Source: Saccharicrinis fermentans DSM 9555 = JCM 21142
GTDB taxonomy: Bacteria > Bacteroidota > Bacteroidia > Bacteroidales > Marinilabiliaceae
Assembly: GCF_000517085.1 (NCBI RefSeq)
Contig: NZ_KI912107.1
Span: forward strand, 866,398 to 930,397
Length of the DNA: 64,000 nucleotides
Direction: 5' to 3'
Shown here: in pieces, positions 51,338 through 61,891 of the stretch
How the letters are laid out: each line of letters starts with the position of its first letter
Position numbering within the stretch: position 1 is the first letter of the stretch
The notes under the pieces: generated by a model
Database searches by the model: none
The model's input: only the letters and a program-made list of their open reading frames with translations
What the model was told of the DNA's origin: nothing
Position numbers and translations under genes: made by a program

Positions 51338-52702
51338 ATGAAAAATATTCTATTTAGCGCAATGTTATCGGTTTGCATGATTTTTAGCATTGCCCACTCA
51401 AGCAAAGCTCAACAAAGACCTAATATTGTAGTGCTTTTTGTTGATGATTTAGGTTGGGCTGATTTAGGTTACCGCAACTCTTTATTTGAAACGCCTAATA
51501 TTGATCAGTTATCAGAGGATGGACTGGACTTTGAAAGAGCATATATTGCATCTCCTTCGTGTAGTCCCAGTAGAGCATCCATCTTAACAGGTAAAGAACC
51601 TGTTAGAATTGGTATGGTTAGGCATATTATTGAGGAGGATAATAAAATGGCTTATTTGAAAGAAGGATATAATATGTGGCGCAAAGATCCTGTTCAAATG
51701 CCATCAATTAATCATTTGCCATTGGAGGAAATTACCTATGCCGAAAGGTTAAAGGAATTTGGTTATTATAATATGTTTATTGGAAAATGGCATTCTGGTA
51801 CCGATAAATATCACCCCATTCATCAAGGTTTTGATGCCCAGTATGGAACCAGTAATTATGGTCATCCCAAAGGGTATTATCAGCCTTTCTTTGGCAAAGG
51901 AAATCCTTTGAGTAATATTGGAGATGATCAGTATCTAACAGATGTCTTAACGGATGAAGCTGAGCGTTTTATTAGTAGTTATCATAAAAATAAGCCTTTC
52001 ATGCTTAACCTCTGGTATTATAATGTGCATGGACCTCATCATGGACGTAAAGATTTGGTTGATAAGTATAAAGCTAAAGGAATGGATTCGAAATACGCAG
52101 AATATGGCGCCATGGTGGAAGCTATGGATGAATCTGTAGGGCGCGTAAGGGCTGCTCTTGAAAAAAAAGGGATCGCGGATAATACGGTTATATTATTTAC
52201 CTCTGATCAAGGTGGTTATTTTACAAATTATCCTTTGCGTGGAAAGAAAAATGGAGGATATACTTTAAATGAAGGTGGTGCTCGGGTACCATTTATAATG
52301 TACTATCCTGGTTTAACTAAGCCTGGCACCAAATGTCATATTCCTATACAAACTTTAGATGTATATCCAACGCTGGTAGAAATAGCTTCAGGGAAAGACC
52401 AAAAAGACAAACAAATAAATGGGGTGAGTCTGATGCCTTTGCTTAAAGGTGAGGCGTTAAATAAACGAGCATTGTATTTCCTTAGATCATATGAAGATCA
52501 GTATTCAGCTATTATTGAGGGCGATTGGAAGCTGATTAAATATCACAGTGGCAATGTGCAATTGTATAATGTAAAAGAGGATATGGGAGAAGTGAGCAAC
52601 TTGGTTTTTGTTTATCCAAAAAAAACCAAGGAACTTAAAAAGAAATTGGATGCTTGGGAGGTAGAAGCTGTGCCTGATTTTACTAATTCTTTGAGTAACT
52701 AA
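51338..52702 (+). CDS. formylglycine-dependent (Cys-type) sulfatase
   Basis: Signal peptide, DDLGWADLG and CSPSRASILTG. Confidence 0.85.
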   Translation: MKNILFSAMLSVCMIFSIAHSSKAQQRPNIVVLFVDDLGWADLGYRNSLFETPNIDQLSEDGLDFERAYIASPSCSPSRASILTGKEPVRIGMVRHIIEEDNKMAYLKEGYNMWRKDPVQMPSINHLPLEEITYAERLKEFGYYNMFIGKWHSGTDKYHPIHQGFDAQYGTSNYGHPKGYYQPFFGKGNPLSNIGDDQYLTDVLTDEAERFISSYHKNKPFMLNLWYYNVHGPHHGRKDLVDKYKAKGMDSKYAEYGAMVEAMDESVGRVRAALEKKGIADNTVILFTSDQGGYFTNYPLRGKKNGGYTLNEGGARVPFIMYYPGLTKPGTKCHIPIQTLDVYPTLVEIASGKDQKDKQINGVSLMPLLKGEALNKRALYFLRSYEDQYSAIIEGDWKLIKYHSGNVQLYNVKEDMGEVSNLVFVYPKKTKELKKKLDAWEVEAVPDFTNSLSN

Positions 52703-52942
52703 ATGATGGAAAGGCATTCGTGTTTGATGCTTTTTTGTTGATAGGTAGTGGCTGCAAGAAAACCACTGTTTTTTCTGTCTTTGATAAGAAAGCTTCAAAG
52801 ACAAGGCTTTCGATATTTTTGAAACCAAGGAGTTTACAGGTTGTAAATGACTGTTTCAAAAATGAGAATAACGCAGTATTTGGAGTTTTCTTGCAAAGAC
52901 TAGGTACAAGAATAATTTTATTTGAAAGATAAATTTAATCAT

Positions 52943-54424
52943 ATGAAAAAGATATTTATCGTCTATATATTATGTATAGCCGCTACGCTATCCTTTGCGC
53001 AGGATAAACCAAATATTATTTGGATCATGGCAGAGGATATGAGCTTAGATTTGGAATGTTATGGAATGAAGGCGGTGAAAACGCCTCATTTGAACCAATT
53101 GGCTAGTGAGGGGATTCGCTTTGACAATTGTTTTGTTACAAATCCTATTTGTTCACCCAGTCGATCTGCTATGATGACGGGTACCAATCAGGTGAAGATC
53201 AATGCGCATCATCATCGAAGTAATCGAGATGTTCCATTGTCTGAGCCCTACAAGCCCTTTACTTATTGGCTTCGTAAAGCTGGATATACATGTATTCTTG
53301 GTCATCATGGAGTGATGAAGAAGGGACGGAAAATCGACGTGAACTTTCAACATACGGCCATAGGATCCTGGGACGGTAAGCAGAATTTTGGATTGTTTGA
53401 TAAGTATGATACAATAATGACAGCAGATCAACCTTTTTTTGCTCAAATTCAGTTGGTAGTGACCCATCGGGGTGATTGGTGGAATGAGGTTCGTCAACAG
53501 TCTTTTCATAGGGTAGATCCAAATGAGGTTGAATTACCCAAGTACTTGGCTGATGATCCGGTCATTAGAATGGATTGGGCAAAATATCTCGATCAAGTGG
53601 AATATATGGATGGCGAGGTTGGTATGATCATGGAAGAGCTGAAAGAAAAGAACTTACTGGATAATACTTTGGTTATTTTTATTGGTGATAATGGACGCTG
53701 TAATATTCGGGGAAAGGGTTATTTATATGATTCAGGTTTACGTATCCCATGCATCATGTATTATCCAACAGCTTTAAAAGGAGGAGCTGTGCGTAAAGAT
53801 GTAGTATGTGCTACGGATATTACTGCCACTATTTTAGATTTTGCAGGTATTGAAGTGCCTTCATATATGACAGGCAAGGCCATTTTTGATAAGCATTTCA
53901 GACGAGAGTATGTTTATTCGGCACGAGATCTTTGGGATGAAGTGGAAGAAAAAATGCGTTCTGTGACCTCTGGGAAATGGAAATATATAAGGAATGACAT
54001 GCCTGAAAAACCTTGGGATGCTCATCAGGCTTATCTTGAATTTTATCGCCCGGCAGTGCATGTGATGCGATCACTAAAAAATGAAGGTAAGTTGAATGAG
54101 AAAGAATCTTTGTTTTTTGCTGATAATAAGCCTGTGGAGGAGCTGTATGACTTGGAGAATGATCCGCAGGAATTACATAACCTAGCATTAGAAGTATCTT
54201 ATTCTGCTGTACTTGAAAAATTAAGGAAGATAACGGCAAGGTATGATAAAAAAATGTTGTCTGTGGATCATACATATCATCCTATTGTCCCAAACAGTGT
54301 TGATGTGCTGAAATGGGTACAAGCCAATAAACCTTTGCAGTATGAAGAAATGCAAAAAGGGGTTGAGATCGGTTTTAAAAAAATGAGTGAGGAATATAAA
54401 GCTTACAAAAAACATACAAAATAG
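52943..54424 (+). CDS. formylglycine-dependent (Cys-type) sulfatase
   Basis: Signal peptide and CSPSRSAMMTG. Confidence 0.85.
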   Translation: MKKIFIVYILCIAATLSFAQDKPNIIWIMAEDMSLDLECYGMKAVKTPHLNQLASEGIRFDNCFVTNPICSPSRSAMMTGTNQVKINAHHHRSNRDVPLSEPYKPFTYWLRKAGYTCILGHHGVMKKGRKIDVNFQHTAIGSWDGKQNFGLFDKYDTIMTADQPFFAQIQLVVTHRGDWWNEVRQQSFHRVDPNEVELPKYLADDPVIRMDWAKYLDQVEYMDGEVGMIMEELKEKNLLDNTLVIFIGDNGRCNIRGKGYLYDSGLRIPCIMYYPTALKGGAVRKDVVCATDITATILDFAGIEVPSYMTGKAIFDKHFRREYVYSARDLWDEVEEKMRSVTSGKWKYIRNDMPEKPWDAHQAYLEFYRPAVHVMRSLKNEGKLNEKESLFFADNKPVEELYDLENDPQELHNLALEVSYSAVLEKLRKITARYDKKMLSVDHTYHPIVPNSVDVLKWVQANKPLQYEEMQKGVEIGFKKMSEEYKAYKKHTK

Positions 54425-54520
54425 ACTTTTAAGATCTGAATAACTCAGAAGAACGTTGTTTTTTACTAAGTAGTTATAGAAAGGTGAGGTTTATTTAATC
54501 ATTAGATAAATAAGAGACAT

Positions 54521-57508
54521 ATGATAAGGAATTTATTATTTGAGCTTTTTGCTTTTGTTATATTTGCTATTATTGTTCAACCGTTAGGTGCACAATATAT
54601 AAGTTACGATTTCGATGACACAGAGAAAGATTGGGCAACTGATACTCATTCACTTTGGAGTATTTCTGATGCGAAGTCTGTATCGGGTGATTATAGTTTA
54701 GCGTATGCTACACCCAATAAAGGTGATTATTCTATTTCGCCAATTACGTGTATAGATACTAAGAGTCATACTATTATGAAAGTTCGTGTGGCTAAGAATC
54801 AAGATCGACAAATTATTGTGGGTTCTGATTATGATGGTATACTCTTAGGGGTGGATTATAGTGGAGCAATTTTATGGGAATGTGCAACAGGACACGGAAC
54901 CATGAATCATGATCTTTGGTGTGCAGATATTACCGGGGACGGGGTGGATGAAATACTAGCCGCTAATGCCAATGGTAGCGTGTACTGCTTGAACATTGAT
55001 GGTAAGATACTGTGGGAGTTTAAACCATTTGACAGCAGTCACTTGACACCGATGTATGCAATTACAGTCGTAAAAGATAAGTCCTTAACGCCGTATGTTG
55101 TTTGTGGCGGTTTTGATACCAATATTTACTACCTAACTAAAACAGGTTCTCTTATTAAGGTTCTTCCAAGTAAGAAATATTCAAAGGTAAAGGCATGGGG
55201 AGATCAAAAACCAGATAATTTTGTTAGTAATGCAAATTTTTTAAGGCCAATTCATCTAAAAGATGGTTCTGACCTGTTGCTTGTCCATGCTTCTAATAAT
55301 CATATGCAATCCAAAGGGCATTTGTATCTGTTTGAACCATTGGCAGAAAAAACTTATCACGAAATACTGGATCTTAAAACGTCTGATTGTATTGGTGATT
55401 TAAGAGTTGTGGATCCCACTGGTAATGGTCAACAGGAAATCTTATACGGCACTTCTACATTAAATAGTAATTCGTACAATAGAGTTGTATTTAGTGACGA
55501 TTCGTATACCTTAAGTACTGTTTCTAGGAATGATATTCAAAAGCGAAATACGGGTGTAACCTCCTATCGTGTTAATCAGCCGTTTGTTGTAAATAGGCAA
55601 GAAGGAGGCTATGATTATATGGTGTTATCGAGTAATCAGTTACTATCTTTTCCACAAAGTGGTGAAGATGTGGTTACAGAGAGGTTGTCAGGGATTTATG
55701 CTTACAATGATATTTGGCCAATGGATCATGGACGCTTTATATTGGCAAGTGTGCAAGATGGCGGTAGTTGTATTTATATGGTGGATACTAGAAATCCTGA
55801 TTGGAAAAGTGCCTTTGAAAATATGGAGCCAGAAGGTAAAATTGCTAAGATCATGAAAAATACGAGGATGGTGCGGGAGAATTTAGAAGTTTTTACAAAA
55901 CCTTCTTGGCAGAGAGAGCCGGTAAAAGTAGTAGGTTTTGAAGGACTCGATTTACCCATTGCCGCTAGGTTAATAGATAGTAAAAGTCTTTCGTTATTTG
56001 CTTCTCCTTGGAGTAAAGGAAAGCTGCAGGAGCCCTCATGGAGAAGTCCGTTGTATGAGGGAAATATATTCAAGGATAAACGAGATAAAAGAAACGAATA
56101 TACCCGAAGTGAGGAGGATGTTTTTAATCATTTCTCTACTTATTTTGAAGGTAGTCAAGGAATTGCAACCTGGGCAGGTCATGGGAATGATCCACTTTAC
56201 TATAGTTTGAAAGTTCTCAAAGAGATTGCTGATTATGGATATCATAATGGTCAGAAATCTATTATTTATATTTATCCAGAAATGAATCATCATGGTGCTG
56301 AATTTGATTTTGTCATGGATCATCAAATTTATCCATTGATGGATCACCTAAAAACAATCGGTGGAAAAGTTGCCTTTAGAGCCAAAGATACCTTTTGGCA
56401 AGGTCATGTTTATACAGATACTTGGAAACACATCGTTTCGGGTAAATATGCAAATGTAGCCATTGCTACACTTGAAGAAACAACAGATAAGACACAAGAT
56501 TTGAGTTTGTTGGGCCGCATGGGGTTATGGGCTGCAGGTTCAATTGATGCTTGGGCCGTACGTTGCTCTCGTGATGATCCTAGTTTTGATAGATCAAGGC
56601 AGTTTTCGTCGCAAAAATTATCCAATCATCTTCTAAGAAAGACAATTTATAGCGTTGCCTGTGGAGCCACTTTTATTCACAATAGTTATGCGGATACTGA
56701 AAATGCTAAATTTGAGAATCATACGAGCTTAGTGTTGGAGCTCATTGAAAAGGAAGCCTTATATGTTCCTAAGAGAAATGAGATTCTCAGTTTCTCTCCC
56801 GTTCATCTAAGTATCATCTCACCAGAAGCGAGTTATTTAGAAGAAGCATCCAATAATAAATGGACTACTTTTTATCAACGAACTTATGAGGAGAATCATC
56901 CTGCAGTCTTTAGTCATATGAATGGTACTTGGTTAGGTGCTGCTCTAACTCCTTGGGATTTCTCCACTTATGCTTCTGGAGTTGGTGATAGACGTCAGAA
57001 CTGTATTCCTCCTTATCCCCATGGTCAGGTTTTGATTACTCCGGTTCAAAAAGGTGCTTTTGCCGACAATAATGCACCCAGGGGTAAAATGGTTGATCAT
57101 CTACATCCCATCTACAAGGATATCATGAAAGAGTATATTACCAATGGTGTAGATTATCTGTCAAGTGATGGAACGCAAGTTTTTAGTGCGAATTCTTACT
57201 ATACAAAAATTAAAAACGACATAGAAGAAGGTGCTAAAAAACTCCCCATACTGGTTTCTGGAGACCGGGTAGGATGGGTGGTGGCACAAATGTCGCCCAC
57301 ACATTTAAGATTGACATTGGTGGATGGTGGATATTTAAACCCAAACGATAGAAAAGTTAAAGTAACCTTTAATAATATTACTCCTGTTAGTATGCAGGAT
57401 GTGTTAGATCATCAGTTTTTTGACCTAAGTAATCCATCGGGTGTAGAGATAGGTGTGCCATGTGGTATGTTCCGTTTTATTGATATTGAATTGGCAAAGC
57501 CTCTTTAA
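54521..57508 (+). CDS. 995-aa secreted protein of unknown function in the sulfatase PUL (N-terminal FG-GAP/propeller-like repeats)
   Basis: Signal peptide and repeated motifs DITGDGVDEIL and DPTGNGQQEIL. No known catalytic motif was recognised. Confidence 0.5.
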   Translation: MIRNLLFELFAFVIFAIIVQPLGAQYISYDFDDTEKDWATDTHSLWSISDAKSVSGDYSLAYATPNKGDYSISPITCIDTKSHTIMKVRVAKNQDRQIIVGSDYDGILLGVDYSGAILWECATGHGTMNHDLWCADITGDGVDEILAANANGSVYCLNIDGKILWEFKPFDSSHLTPMYAITVVKDKSLTPYVVCGGFDTNIYYLTKTGSLIKVLPSKKYSKVKAWGDQKPDNFVSNANFLRPIHLKDGSDLLLVHASNNHMQSKGHLYLFEPLAEKTYHEILDLKTSDCIGDLRVVDPTGNGQQEILYGTSTLNSNSYNRVVFSDDSYTLSTVSRNDIQKRNTGVTSYRVNQPFVVNRQEGGYDYMVLSSNQLLSFPQSGEDVVTERLSGIYAYNDIWPMDHGRFILASVQDGGSCIYMVDTRNPDWKSAFENMEPEGKIAKIMKNTRMVRENLEVFTKPSWQREPVKVVGFEGLDLPIAARLIDSKSLSLFASPWSKGKLQEPSWRSPLYEGNIFKDKRDKRNEYTRSEEDVFNHFSTYFEGSQGIATWAGHGNDPLYYSLKVLKEIADYGYHNGQKSIIYIYPEMNHHGAEFDFVMDHQIYPLMDHLKTIGGKVAFRAKDTFWQGHVYTDTWKHIVSGKYANVAIATLEETTDKTQDLSLLGRMGLWAAGSIDAWAVRCSRDDPSFDRSRQFSSQKLSNHLLRKTIYSVACGATFIHNSYADTENAKFENHTSLVLELIEKEALYVPKRNEILSFSPVHLSIISPEASYLEEASNNKWTTFYQRTYEENHPAVFSHMNGTWLGAALTPWDFSTYASGVGDRRQNCIPPYPHGQVLITPVQKGAFADNNAPRGKMVDHLHPIYKDIMKEYITNGVDYLSSDGTQVFSANSYYTKIKNDIEEGAKKLPILVSGDRVGWVVAQMSPTHLRLTLVDGGYLNPNDRKVKVTFNNITPVSMQDVLDHQFFDLSNPSGVEIGVPCGMFRFIDIELAKPL

Positions 57509-57519
57509 ATTGAAAAGAA

Positions 57520-58296
57520 ATGAATACGGCAAAGATATTTATTATGTGTTTGATTTTCACCTATTTTATGCGAGGTGAAACTTCCAAAGTTATGGCTTGT
57601 GTGTTGAATTATGGGGGTGTTGGTATTATAAGGCCTATAGATATTTCATTATTCAACAGCTTGATTAAGAGCTCTATGGAAACCGAGTATGGGGATAGTT
57701 TGGTTAAAAATATGGGCGCGTATGTACTCCCTTCTATTACAAGGATAAAATTGAATAAAGATCTTTATTTACCAGCTGGCGTTTATGATGTTAGAATGAA
57801 AATATTTATAGAAGAGAGTACCTCCATAAAAAAAATTTACACGCAAGTAAACAAACCTTGTATTTCAAGCGAATGGAAAATAGATACGCTGAGTCAGAAT
57901 AGGTGGGTGGAAGTATTTCAAGAGATGAACTTTAGTCAAGATGCTAATGAATCCTATTTTGAAATATTTGTTAATAACAACCCGGATTATGGAGGTGGAA
58001 AAGGGATGTTTTATATCGATGATATATCATTTTTATATAAAAAAAGTTTATCAAATAATGTTAAACAATCTTTTGACTTTAAGGTCTTTCCTAATCCAGT
58101 TAACAATATTTTGCATATTAAATCGGATGAACGTATTAGTTATCGAATTTACGATGTGAAGGGAAATGTGACAAAAGCTTCTACGCATATGGAAAATGAA
58201 TTCAATGTGATTGTGTCCGATCTAACCCAAGGCGTTTATTTGTTGCAGATGAAATGTGCAAAAGGAAGTGTTGTTAAGAAAATAATAGTTCAATAA
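57520..58296 (+). CDS. small secreted protein with T9SS C-terminal sorting domain
   Basis: C-terminal ~80 aa ...FKVFPNPVNNILHIK...YDVKGNV...GVYLLQM... matches the Por secretion tail pattern. Confidence 0.55.
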   Translation: MNTAKIFIMCLIFTYFMRGETSKVMACVLNYGGVGIIRPIDISLFNSLIKSSMETEYGDSLVKNMGAYVLPSITRIKLNKDLYLPAGVYDVRMKIFIEESTSIKKIYTQVNKPCISSEWKIDTLSQNRWVEVFQEMNFSQDANESYFEIFVNNNPDYGGGKGMFYIDDISFLYKKSLSNNVKQSFDFKVFPNPVNNILHIKSDERISYRIYDVKGNVTKASTHMENEFNVIVSDLTQGVYLLQMKCAKGSVVKKIIVQ

Positions 58297-58703
58297 TTTG
58301 AAGATCATTTGATTTGTTATTTCTGTGTATTCTTTGTTAGTTTTTATAGGTCTTTTAGCTCTTGTTAACTAGGTGGTTGAGCGTTAATTTACTCATAAAT
58401 GCATTTGAATTATTTGCAAGTACATCAAGTGCCTAGGTTTTTTCTTACTTGACATTGTTAAAAAAAGGAATAAAATATTTAAAAATGAAACATGTAGATA
58501 TTTGAATTTGTAATCAATGAGAAACTCTAAGAAAAAGATTTCTTGACAGAATTGGAAATGTGACTGGCGGAAGCCCTTCTTAAAATACGATTAGCAATTG
58601 TTGAAAAATTAACATTAAAATTTATGAAAAAAAATACTGGTTTGACAGCGAGAAAAGGGAGAGAACCAAGAAAATATTTGATATAAAAAAAATATCTCTT
58701 CTA

Positions 58704-61700
58704 ATGCTGTCTACTTTCGTTACTATGGTTTACTCTAATGCAAATAGCAGTAAAGTAGGTATTTATGAAGAAGAAGAAGGAAAAATTCTTATTCAAAAAC
58801 AAAGTATAGCCGAGGTGAAGAATGATGCCGATAGTGAAATGTTATTAACTACCAACTTAGTCCAACAAGCCGCGTTTGATATTACGGGTAAGGTAGTGGA
58901 TGAAAAAGGCGAACCAATACCTGGAGTAACTGTGGTTGTACAAGGAACATCTTTGGGGGCTATCACTGGTTTAGATGGAGACTACATGATTACAAATGTG
59001 CCAAAAGGTGCTATATTGGTATTTTCTTTTATAGGAATGACATCCAAACAAGTGGAGGTAATTGATAGTAGAAACATCAATGTTTCTATGGTGTCAGATG
59101 TGGTAGGACTTGAAGAAGTAGTGGCCATTGGATACGGAACAACCACCAAGCGAAAAGCGGTTGGTGCCATATCTACGATGAAAGCTGAGACGCTTGAGAA
59201 TTCGCCATTTATGAGTGCAGGAGAGTCATTACAAGGTCAAGTTCCAGGACTTATTGTTAAAAATAGTGGTGGAGGACCAGGGAGTACTCCCAGTATCTCT
59301 ATTCGAGGAGGAGGATCGCCTCTGTATGTTATTGATGGAGTAATAACTGCAGAACAGGATTTTAATGCTATCAATTCGGACGACATTGAATCTATTAGTT
59401 TTTTGAAAGATGCTTCTGCAACAGCAGTTTTTGGATCAAGAGCAGGAAATGGAATCGTATTGGTTACCACAAAACGAGGTGAAGAAGGGAAAATTAATGT
59501 AAATTATTCATACAATTTTCAATTAAGTCAACCCACAGTATTGCCCGAGATGATGAACTCATATGACTATGCCAAACTTCAAAATGTGGCAAACGTATAC
59601 GATGGTACACCATTAACCTATACTGACGAACAGCTTGAAACTATACGTTCTCATTCTGATTTAGATACTTATCCGGACAATAATTGGCCAGATCTTACAC
59701 TTAAGAATTTTGCGCCCCAACAACGACATAATTTGTCGCTCACAGGTGGAGATAAGCAAACCAAATATTTTGTTTCTCTTGGATATGTTGATCAAGGGGG
59801 TATTCTTAAGCAAGATGTGGTGAATTACGATAGGTTTAATATTCGTAGTAATGTAAATACCACTTTTGAAAATATTGGACTAGAGGTAGGAATCAACATT
59901 AGTGCCAGTATTGAAAATTATGAGGAGCCATCGGCTGGGATGTATAGTATTTGGCGAGCTATCAACCAAAATACCAATCCTATGTATAGAGCCTATAACA
60001 TCGATGGAACACTTGCAGGAGGCGGTAATGGAGATCATCCTATTGCTATTATAAGCAAAGAAGCTGGATATAACAGGACAAGAGATAAGTTCATAAATAC
60101 TCAATTGCACGCAAAATGGAATGTGTCTGGTGTAAAAGGACTTAAACTTGGTTTAATGGGGAGCTATCGTGACGGAGATGGTTGGGGTAAGTTATGGCAA
60201 AAAAATACTCCTTTGTATATGCAAGATGGTTCTTTGATGGTGCAGCCTAAACCATATTTGGGTGTTTCTTCTTATTATTCGAAGCGTTTGTATGTAGAGT
60301 CTAGCCTTGCATATTCTAATACATTTGGAAAACATGGAATAGATGCAACTTTTGTTTATAACCAAACTACAAGTTCATCTGAGGACATGTCTGCTTCACG
60401 TCGTGATTATCAGTCGGGTGCAGTAGATCAGTTGTTTGCGGGTCCGCAGGACGGTAAAGATAATGATGGTAATGAAAAGGAAGGCGCCAATGCAGGCTAT
60501 GTTGTAAGGGTTAAATACGATTATAACTATAAATATATCGTTGAGTTCAGCGGACGTTATGATGGCAATGATAATTTCTCGCCAGATCAAAGGTGGGGTT
60601 TCTTTCCAGCTAGTTCAGCAGCCTGGAATATTTCAGAAGAGGATTTTATGGATGGTTTAGATGATAGAAATATCCTAAATAGTCTAAAAATTAGAGCATC
60701 TTATGGAAAGATGGGTGTTACTGAAGGCGTTAATCGCTTTGGATATATTCCTGTATATAATTTAGAATCTAGTATCTACAATGTAGGAGGTAACCTTGTA
60801 AATGGCTATTCTGAAGGAGAGTTGGTGAATCCATCTGAACTTACATGGTATACTCGATCTTCTTTAAATTACGGTCTTGACTTTTCTTCTTTAGGAAACA
60901 AGTTAAGTGGTACATTCGAATATTTTTATTATCGTACTACTGGATATCTAGTAAGCCCTAAGGATACTTATTCCCAACCATTAGGTAAAGATCTACCGCA
61001 GATAAAATCTAACTCTGCTCATAGAAGAACTGGTTATGAACTTTCATTACGATATAAAACCAAGATAAAAGACTTGCAGTTACAGCTTGGAGCTAATCTA
61101 GCCTATTTTAATGAATTGTGGGAACAACTAGATACTGAAGATGAAGCTACACTTAAAAATCCTTATACCCGTAAAACACATCGTACCAGTTATTGGGATG
61201 GTGGTGCTGTACTTGTTTCGGATGGACTTTATCAGGATGGAAGTGAAATATTAAATACTCCACGCCTATTAGGTTCTACCCAAACCCAGCCTGGGGATAT
61301 TCGTTATAGTGATATGAATGGTGACGGTAAAATTGATGATCAGGACAAACGAATTGTTGGATTACCTAGTCTGCCACGATTAAACTATGGAATTGATTTC
61401 AGTATGAAATATAAAGGTTGGTTTGCCAATGGACTTTTTCAGGGGACAGGAAACAGATATCTTGCTTTTGATAATTTTATGGTAGTGGAAGCCAAAAGGC
61501 GTACCTATGAATACCAACAAAATTATTGGACACCTGAAAATCCGAATGCATTGTTTCCTCGGGTATCACATTCTGAAGCAGTGAATGGAGGTAATAATAG
61601 TAATCAGAGTAATCCTTCTGATTTTTACTTGAAAAATGCCAAGTATTTCAGACTTAAAAACTTGCAGATTGGTTACGATTTTAAGCAGTCAGTATTAGAT

Positions 61701-61877
61701 AAGCTAGCATGGATAGCATCTTGTAAAATGTTTGTAAGTGGTACTAATTTATTTACCATATCAGAGGTGAATGATTATTTTGATCCAGAACAAGTTGAAC
61801 AAAGTAATAGTGGTACACAAAGCTATGGGTATCCGGTGCAACGGACTTATTCTTTAGGTGTTAATATTGGATTTTAA
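58704..61877 (+). CDS. SusC/RagA-family TonB-dependent outer-membrane transporter
   Basis: Carboxypeptidase-regulatory-like N-domain (ITGKVVDEKGEPIPGVTVVV), the SusC plug signature VVAIGYGTTTKRK and a C-terminal barrel ending in aromatic F. The N-terminal start is uncertain. Confidence 0.85.
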   Translation: MLSTFVTMVYSNANSSKVGIYEEEEGKILIQKQSIAEVKNDADSEMLLTTNLVQQAAFDITGKVVDEKGEPIPGVTVVVQGTSLGAITGLDGDYMITNVPKGAILVFSFIGMTSKQVEVIDSRNINVSMVSDVVGLEEVVAIGYGTTTKRKAVGAISTMKAETLENSPFMSAGESLQGQVPGLIVKNSGGGPGSTPSISIRGGGSPLYVIDGVITAEQDFNAINSDDIESISFLKDASATAVFGSRAGNGIVLVTTKRGEEGKINVNYSYNFQLSQPTVLPEMMNSYDYAKLQNVANVYDGTPLTYTDEQLETIRSHSDLDTYPDNNWPDLTLKNFAPQQRHNLSLTGGDKQTKYFVSLGYVDQGGILKQDVVNYDRFNIRSNVNTTFENIGLEVGINISASIENYEEPSAGMYSIWRAINQNTNPMYRAYNIDGTLAGGGNGDHPIAIISKEAGYNRTRDKFINTQLHAKWNVSGVKGLKLGLMGSYRDGDGWGKLWQKNTPLYMQDGSLMVQPKPYLGVSSYYSKRLYVESSLAYSNTFGKHGIDATFVYNQTTSSSEDMSASRRDYQSGAVDQLFAGPQDGKDNDGNEKEGANAGYVVRVKYDYNYKYIVEFSGRYDGNDNFSPDQRWGFFPASSAAWNISEEDFMDGLDDRNILNSLKIRASYGKMGVTEGVNRFGYIPVYNLESSIYNVGGNLVNGYSEGELVNPSELTWYTRSSLNYGLDFSSLGNKLSGTFEYFYYRTTGYLVSPKDTYSQPLGKDLPQIKSNSAHRRTGYELSLRYKTKIKDLQLQLGANLAYFNELWEQLDTEDEATLKNPYTRKTHRTSYWDGGAVLVSDGLYQDGSEILNTPRLLGSTQTQPGDIRYSDMNGDGKIDDQDKRIVGLPSLPRLNYGIDFSMKYKGWFANGLFQGTGNRYLAFDNFMVVEAKRRTYEYQQNYWTPENPNALFPRVSHSEAVNGGNNSNQSNPSDFYLKNAKYFRLKNLQIGYDFKQSVLDKLAWIASCKMFVSGTNLFTISEVNDYFDPEQVEQSNSGTQSYGYPVQRTYSLGVNIGF

Positions 61878-61891
61878 AAAATAAAAGAGCA

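Noticed and set aside
58623-58703. Short upstream ORF MKKNTGLTARKGREPRKYLI as the true SusC N-terminus
   Set aside because: It is in a different frame and ends in a stop. SusC may have an atypical or mis-called start, but a frameshift cannot be asserted without reads.
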